A DNA stretch of 64,000 nucleotides from Pristiophorus japonicus (Eukaryota). The position numbers and the translations under genes were made by a program. The stretch lies in NCBI RefSeq assembly GCF_044704955.1, contig NC_092010.1, positions 36,084,001-36,148,000 of the forward strand, read 5' to 3'. How positions within the stretch are numbered: the first letter of the stretch is position 1; every line of letters begins with the position of its first letter. This document shows, in pieces, positions 58,201 to 64,000 of the stretch. Below the pieces are notes generated by a model, which had not been told where the DNA came from, did not search any database, and saw only the letters and a list, made by a program, of their open reading frames with translations.

Positions 58201-61200
58201 TTTTGAAAGTTACTGTTCAATCTGCTTCCTCTACCCTTTCAGGCACTGCTTTCCAGATCATCATAACTCGCTGCATAAAAAAATTCTCCTCATCTCTCTC
58301 TCTTGTTCTTTTGCCAATTATCTTAAATCATGTCCTCTGGTTACCGACCCTCCTGCCACAGTTTCTCCTTATTTACTTAATCAAAACCCATCATAATTTT
58401 GAACACCTCTATTAAATCTCCACTTAACTCCACTATATTCACTGGAATTTAGAAGAATGAGAGGGGATCTCATAGAAACATATAAAATTCTGACGGGACT
58501 GGACAGGTTAGATGCAGGAAGAATGTTCCCGATGCTGGGGAAGTCCAGAACCAGGGGTCACAGTCCAAGGATAAAGGGTAAGCCATTTAGGACCGAGATG
58601 AGGAAAAACTTCTTCACTCAGAGAATTGTGAACCTGTGTAATTCTCTACCACAGAAAGTTGTTGAGGCCAGTTTGTTAGATATATTCAAAAGGGAGTTAG
58701 ATGTGGCCCTTACAGCTAAATAGATCAAGGGGTATGGAGAGAAAGCAGGAATGGGGTACTGAAGTTGCATGATCAGCCATGATCATATTGAATGGTGGTG
58801 CAGGCTCGAAGGGCCGAATGGCCTATTCCTGCACCTATTTTCTATGTTTCTATGTAACCTTCTCTGCCCTAAGGAGAACACAATTGCATAGACTGTACAG
58901 CATAGAAGCTGGCCATTCGGCCCAACTGATCTATGCCAGTGTTTATGTTCCATACACATCTCCTCCCACCCTACTTCATGTAACCCTATCAGCATCATTT
59001 ATTCCCAGTTTCTCCACATAACCGAAGTCTTCATCCCTGGTACCATTCTAGTAAATCTCCGAGTGCACCCTCTGTAAGGCCTTGATCTCCTTCCTAAAGT
59101 GTGGTGCCCAGAATTGGGCACTACTCCGGCTGAGAGCTAACCAGTGACTTATAATGGTTTAGCATAACGTCCTTGCTTTTTTGTACTCTATGCCTCTATT
59201 TCTAAAGCCCAATATCCTGTGTACTTTTTAAACAGCCGTATTAATTTGTCCTGCCACCTTCAAAGATTTTTGTATGTGAACCCCCAGATTTCTCTGTTCC
59301 TACACCCACTTTAAAATTGTTTATCTTGAGTTGATGTTGCCTCGCCTCAGTTCAGTGCCTGCACCTTGGCACATGTCAGTGCAAGATGTACCCTCTAACT
59401 GAGAGGTGTGCAAGAGTGATCTAGGATGACTCTTCCTCCTTCCCTGTCGGAAAGTATCTGGCCTCCTGCTTCCTCGCACAGGCATAATTGAGGTCGGGAG
59501 GTGTGTGTGGGGGGACCTTTGTGTACCTATCATTCTATGGAGCACCACGCTATTGTCAGCGGCATTATTCTTAATTACTATGTGCGTATATAACAGTGAC
59601 TTTGTGAATAGACTTTCACAGCAGCTGAACATGAATCTTTTGAGTTGGGGCCCTTTGTCAGAGCTGGCCTCCGATTTTGAGTTCTGACCATAACCACCGC
59701 TCCCAATTTCTGTCGGACAGCACGTGCTGGTAATGGAGGCTGGCTGCATCTGAGCCACTGGGAGTGGAGGGTGTGGGTTCTTGCTTGGGCTGGGGATTCC
59801 CCATCGGCGGTAGTGCATACCCTTGGGGTCTACCTACCTTTCTTCCGCCACATTCCTGGGCCACGGGAGGCGACTTCTCTGTGCCGGATTTTCCATGCTA
59901 CCCTCCCCTATTCTGTGGTAGCCATTTACACCTCCTCTGGACCAATGTTCCCTCGAAGCTGCACAAATGCACAGCCGCTCAGTAATCTTCCAGGCCCTGC
60001 GCATGTGCAGAAATGTAAAGTGACCGTGCATTGAAAGAAACGGGGCGTGCAAAACAAACGCAGCTCACAGGGAATATTGTTCCGGACCTATCTTTTGTTT
60101 CTATACTAGTCTTATTATCACTCCCTTTTGCTTCACGCCATAATCGCTTTTGTCATTTAATCGTTCCTGCCATCCTCACCCTTTTGTTCTTTCCCTACCC
60201 CCTTTTCCCTGGCTCTAGAAACATAGAAACATGGAAAATAGGAGCAGTAGAAGGCCATTCGGCCCTTCGAGTCTGCATCCGCCATTCAATATGATCATGG
60301 CTGACCCTCCATCTCAACACCATATTCCCGCTTTTTCCCCATACCCTTTTGATGCCTTTTGTGTCTAGAAATGTATCTGTCTCCCTCTTAAATATATTCC
60401 CCAGCCCCGGGGAAACATCCTCCCCGCATCCAGTCTATCCAACCCAGTCAGAATTTTATACGTTTCATTATTCTAAACTCTATTGAATACAGGCCTAGTT
60501 GACCCTGTACTTGCTTAAATGTTGTTTATCTCTAGCATCTTCCAGTTCTGATGAAAGATTATCGACCTGAAAACTCCGTTTCTCTCTCCACAGATTGTGC
60601 CTGACCTGCTGAGTATTTCCAGCAGTTTCGTGTTTTTAATTCAGAATTTCAGTATTCAGTTTCTTTTATCTCTAATGGCCTGCCTTAAGCTACACTAAAG
60701 CTGGCTGGTGAAAGTGGGGTTGCTGAGAGTCCTGTAAGGAAAGAAAGACTTGCATTTATGTAGCAACTTTCACGACCCCAGGACGTCCCAAAGTGCTTTA
60801 CAGCACAGAAGGAGGCCATTCAGCCTATTGTTACCTGTGTTTTGAAGTGTAGTCACTGTTGTAAACTGTAATTCCCTAAAGTGTTTATGTGCACTGCCAG
60901 TAGTGCTGCAGAATGGATTGGATGCAGTAAATGCCTTTACAAGCAGTAGTTATGGAGCTTTATGTGGACTTTTAGGGTAGTAAAGAAACATGAGTGTCAG
61001 AATTAGTGAGTATCTGTCAGCACTGAACTGTTGAACTCGTATTTCCTAAATCTGTACGTAACATTTTATTGTTGGTAGGTATTTCTATCCACGCCAGTTG
61101 TTAATAAGACACTTCTGGGCCAAGGAACAGCAACAGGAGTTCATGGAGATCTACCACTCAGTGCGGGCTCAGGTTTACCCAGATGCTGTGAAGGGTTTGA

Positions 61201-63377
61201 TCAAAGCAGCGTCAAGAGTTCCAGACAAGCAACTGAAAGGCCAACTGTTGCACCTCAGCAGCAAAGTATGTACTCAAACATGTTACACGAGGGGCAAGTA
61301 TCATTTGTAAGCTTATTACTTTGAAACGGGCACTTAAGAACATAAGAAATAGGAGCAGAAGTAGGCCATCCGGCCCCTCGAGCTTGCTCCGCCATTCAAT
61401 AAGATCATGGCTGATCAGATCATGGACTCAGCTCCACTTCCCTGCCTGCTCCCCAGAACTCCTTATTCCCATAGCAGTTAAGAAACAATCTATTTCTGTC
61501 TTAAATTTATTCAATGACCCAGCTTCCACAGCTCTCTGAGGCAGCAAATTCCAGAGATTTACAACCCTCAGAGAAGAAATTTCTCCCCATTTCAATTTTA
61601 AATGGGCGGCCCCTTATTCTCAGATTATGCCCTCTAGTTCTAGTCTCCCCCATCAGTGAAAACATCCTCTCCGCATCCACCTTGTCGAGCCCCCTCATAA
61701 TCTTATATATTTCGATAAGATCACCTCTCATTCTTCTGAATTCCAATGAGTAGAGGCCCAACCGACTCAACCTTTCCTCATAAGTCAACCCCCTCATCCC
61801 CGGATGGAGATGTTGTGTCAGACCCCATTGGTGTACCGTGGAGTGGCAAGACTCAGGTTTGTGCCTGAGTCCCTGCATGTTGTATTCCCAATCTTGGCCA
61901 TGTTATTGGGAAGGTACCAAGCTGATACTTGGCACTCTCGAAGAAGGTGGGGGGGAAAACAAGTGAGCACATATCCCCGGGTTTTTACATAACTTCCGGC
62001 AGCTGGTTGCCAGGTGGAAGCCCCAAGGCAGATCACCTACCTACCATCTTGGCTCGCGAATAGTACAATAAGACCTAAAGTAAGAGGGGGAAAAAAGAGA
62101 GCATGTGCACGGATGTGTCAGGAACTGTCATGGTGACCAGCTCGAAGGCTCTTTTGTAATTGGGAGAATGGTTTTGAATAACATTATTAGTGAATAACAA
62201 AAGTAGAAAATAACCACTTAAGGGGAAAGCACAAAAATGTAATCAATAAGGCACTCAACCAATGAAGAGGAAGAAAGTTGAAAGACTAGATAGTCACGTA
62301 AAGGACAAACTGGATGCATGTGACAGATACAACACATTGAAGTGTAGATTTGCAGGCTGTCTCACACACAGGCCACAAGGATGGCTGCTATGGGAAATAG
62401 AAATGTCACACCTATGAGTGGTCTCAGTTTAGGGCTTCGGGCATATACAGCAAGAGAGAACTTCAACCTATATCTAATCCATATTCTATTTGATCCTTGG
62501 GTGTAGGGGCAATATTTTCATTCCCCAGTAATGGCATCCTTTGCCTTATTGAAGAGAAAAAAAATCCCCCGCCCTCCAAAAAAGAACTTTATTTCATTTT
62601 TTACCAGATCTGCTCAGTTGGATTTACCAGGCTGTTGGGCGCTGTCAGTGAGTCTATCGAATCAATTATCCTCTCAATATTTGATTTGATTTTTTGACCT
62701 ACACGACAGCTATCCTGAAGCAGTAAATCTGGCTTTGGACATTAGATGCATTATTTACCCAGTTTCTGATTGTAGGAAGCATTTGTACTGACACATTGTT
62801 CTGTATTTAAATGAAGGTTAAGGAAGGCTTCCACCCAGAAATCTCCCAGTTGCACATGGTGGTAAAGCTGTTCTCGGGGACTCCTTTAGGAATGCGACGC
62901 CTTGACACACGCCAGATGGTAAGGAAGTGGCTGAAACCTTGAGAAGTTTGTTTCTGTCGACCAGTTATCCTTCAAAGTAAGGGGGTTTAAATGACGATAC
63001 AGGTCATTGGAACTCCAGCATGCTGCATTTTAAATGGATTAACTCCTTTGCTAAGATAGCAGGCAAAGTAATTTCACGTGTGTGTTGGGCATTTTGCAAA
63101 GTGAAATTTCTAGGCTACTGTTTTTTTAAACTATATGTAACTATCTTTTGAAATGGAAAGTATGAAGGAAATGTTACACCCATTTATCTGTGCTCCTATG
63201 TCTCAACTGCTGTTATGTTCGTAGAAAATCTTGAGTCAAGTGATGTTCCTTACTCCGCACATGCCCACCTCCATCCTGCGCCATCGCCTCTGGAACCACA
63301 TAATGGAGATTCGTCATTTGGACCAAGCTCTAAATATCTTGGGAGTACATGACCTGTCCGAGGATGAACTGAGGAAC
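46182..63377 (+). CDS. LETMD1: LETM1 domain-containing protein 1, exons 1-7, 3'-incomplete: join(46182..46273,53478..53638,56754..56869,57573..57655,61079..61265,62817..62918,63225..63377)
   Basis: Spliced by hand, GT-AG introns, consistent phases. Peptides [58 protein letters not shown] and LRHRL...LDQAL match LETMD1 as recalled from the human protein. Confidence 0.92.
46690..51232 (+). mobile_element. Long degenerate CR1 (ORF1 esterase plus ORF2) in LETMD1 intron 1, interrupted by a - strand CR1
   Basis: Fragmented ORFs 46739..46954 and 47795..51139 with VVHIGIND, ITETWL and KFADD; many frameshifts. Confidence 0.92.
46937..47732 (-). mobile_element. Young CR1 3' fragment nested in the older CR1 ORF1
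   Basis: Open ORF 47034..47669; near-identical to 7140-7930. Confidence 0.92.
51931..52130. mobile_element. Penelope-like inverted terminal repeat pair (palindrome)
   Basis: Arms at about 51931-52000 and 52028-52098 are reverse complements; degenerate hammerhead core on the - strand. Confidence 0.65.
52280..52657 (+). repeat. 75-bp minisatellite, 5 units
   Basis: Unit starts at 52280, 52358, 52433, 52508 and 52583. Confidence 0.93.
52844..53195. mobile_element. Tc1/mariner (Tigger/pogo-like) MITE, 352 bp
   Basis: 21-bp TIR CAGGTACAACGTCTCAAATCC / GGATTTGAGACATTGTACCTG (1 mismatch); TA on the left flank; interrupts an old SINE-like repeat. Confidence 0.75.
53478..53638 (+). CDS. LETMD1: LETMD1 exon 2
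   Basis: Long pyrimidine tract plus cag; [25 protein letters not shown]; gtgagt donor. Confidence 0.9.
54050..54560 (-). mobile_element. L2 LINE 3' fragment
   Basis: FKRLLKAYLFDQAF terminus and (TTG)n tail on the - strand. Confidence 0.7.
54575..55186 (+). mobile_element. CR1 3' fragment
   Basis: HLEYCVQYW and RRNFFS peptides; tail present. Confidence 0.88.
56068..56436. mobile_element. DeuSINE 3' part (+) interrupted by an RTE 3' fragment (-, 56158-56355)
   Basis: SINE sequence resumes after the insert; RTE CPTC..CGSRIGLFSH and (ATG)n tail. Confidence 0.75.
56754..56869 (+). CDS. LETMD1: LETMD1 exon 3
   Basis: [38 protein letters not shown]; 116 nt. Confidence 0.92.
57573..57655 (+). CDS. 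LETMD1: LETMD1 exon 4 (transmembrane segment)
   Basis: [27 protein letters not shown]; 83 nt. Confidence 0.93.
58055..59320. mobile_element. Older - strand CR1 interrupted by a young + strand CR1 (58430-58854) and another CR1-like tail
   Basis: ORF 58457..58723; flanking - strand CR1 sequence continues across the inserts. Confidence 0.8.
60085..60665 (+). mobile_element. Penelope-like terminal fragment interrupted by a - strand CR1 piece (60216-60505)
   Basis: 60570-60630 matches the right arm of the 51931-52130 palindrome; CTGATGA...GAAA core at 60548-60572. Confidence 0.6.
61079..61265 (+). CDS. LETMD1: LETMD1 exon 5
   Basis: [26 protein letters not shown]...LSSK; 187 nt. Confidence 0.93.
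61335..61803 (-). mobile_element. CR1 3' fragment, 70 nt after LETMD1 exon 5
   Basis: ORF 61507..61878 plus tail. Confidence 0.9.
62817..62918 (+). CDS. LETMD1: LETMD1 exon 6
   Basis: VKEGFHPEISQLHMVVKLFSGTPLGMRRLDTRQM; 102 nt. Confidence 0.9.
63225..63377 (+). CDS. LETMD1: LETMD1 exon 7
   Basis: KILSQVMFLTPHMPTSILRHRLWNHIMEIRHLDQALNILGVHDLSEDELRN; 153 nt. Confidence 0.92.
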
Positions 63378-63413
63378 GTGAGTAAAGGGGTTGACTGTGT
63401 GCAGCTGGCATAC

Positions 63414-63655
63414 CAACAACAACTTACATTTATATTGCGCCTGTAACGTAGAAAAACTTCCCATGGTGTTTTGCCAAAGTGCAATCAGATGGAAATGGAG
63501 GCCAAGCCAAAGAAGGGGATTTTAGGAGGGATGACCCAAAGCTTGGTCAAGGTGGGGGGGGGGGGGTCTTAAACGTGGAGAGGAAGAGGGGTTTCGGGAG
63601 GGAATTCCAGAGCTTACGGCCTGGACAGCTGAAGGCACGGCTGCCGGTGGTGGGA
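63414..63655 (-). mobile_element. L2 LINE 3' end
   Basis: Similar to 54050-54260; (TTG)n tail. Confidence 0.7.
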
Positions 63656-64000
63656 TTACAGAGATAGGGAGGGGTTGTGGGGCTGGAGGAGGTTACAGAG
63701 ATAGGGAGCGGTGTAGGGGCTGGAGGAGGTTACAGAGATAGGGAGGGGTGTAGGGGCTGGAGGGGGTTACAGAGATAGGGAGGGGTGTAGGGGCTGGAGG
63801 AGGTTACAGAGATAGGGAGGGGTGTAGGGGCTGGAGGAGGTTAGAGATGGGGGGGGGGTATAGGGGCTGGAGGAGGTTAGAGATAGGGAGGGGTATAGGG
63901 GCTGGAGGAGGTTAGAGATGGGGGGTGGGGTATAGGGGCTGGAGGAGGTTAGAGATAGGGAGGGGTATAGGGGCTGGAGGAGGTTAGAGATGGGGGTGGG
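63655..64000 (+). repeat. G-rich minisatellite of about 35-38 bp (GTTACAGAGATAGGGAGGGGTGTAGGGGCTGGAGGAG), running off the window
   Basis: About 9 tandem units contiguous with the L2 sequence. Confidence 0.92.

Noticed and set aside
59321-60083. 165-aa minus-strand ORF in a GC-richer intronic block
   Set aside because: No recognisable motifs or splice structure; probably an unclassified repeat remnant whose ends I could not define.

Overview
This is vertebrate genomic DNA, not prokaryotic. The repeat content (abundant CR1 LINEs, DeuSINE/SacSINE1-like SINEs, RTE, L2, Penelope-like and Harbinger-like elements) points to a cartilaginous fish; that assignment is an inference. Two spliced genes lie on the + strand and are mostly missed by the ORF track. 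(1) A complete 8-exon pancreatic elastase-1-like gene (CELA1-like, CDS 15281-32476, 259 aa) with an intact catalytic triad, TATA box, PTF1-like site and poly(A) signal. (2) LETMD1 exons 1-7 (46182-63377), continuing past the window end. Most other sequence is transposon-derived and often nested. The most notable items are: a young Gypsy LTR retrotransposon (9182-13306) with identical LTRs, a 5-bp TSD and an open pol but a decayed gag; degenerate minimal hammerhead ribozyme cores in Penelope-like repeats; an LF-SINE-like element; bipartite RTE derivatives; and minisatellites that arose inside SINE/LINE sequence. I found no CRISPR array, rRNA or bona fide tRNA gene. Family names come from recalled motifs, not database searches.
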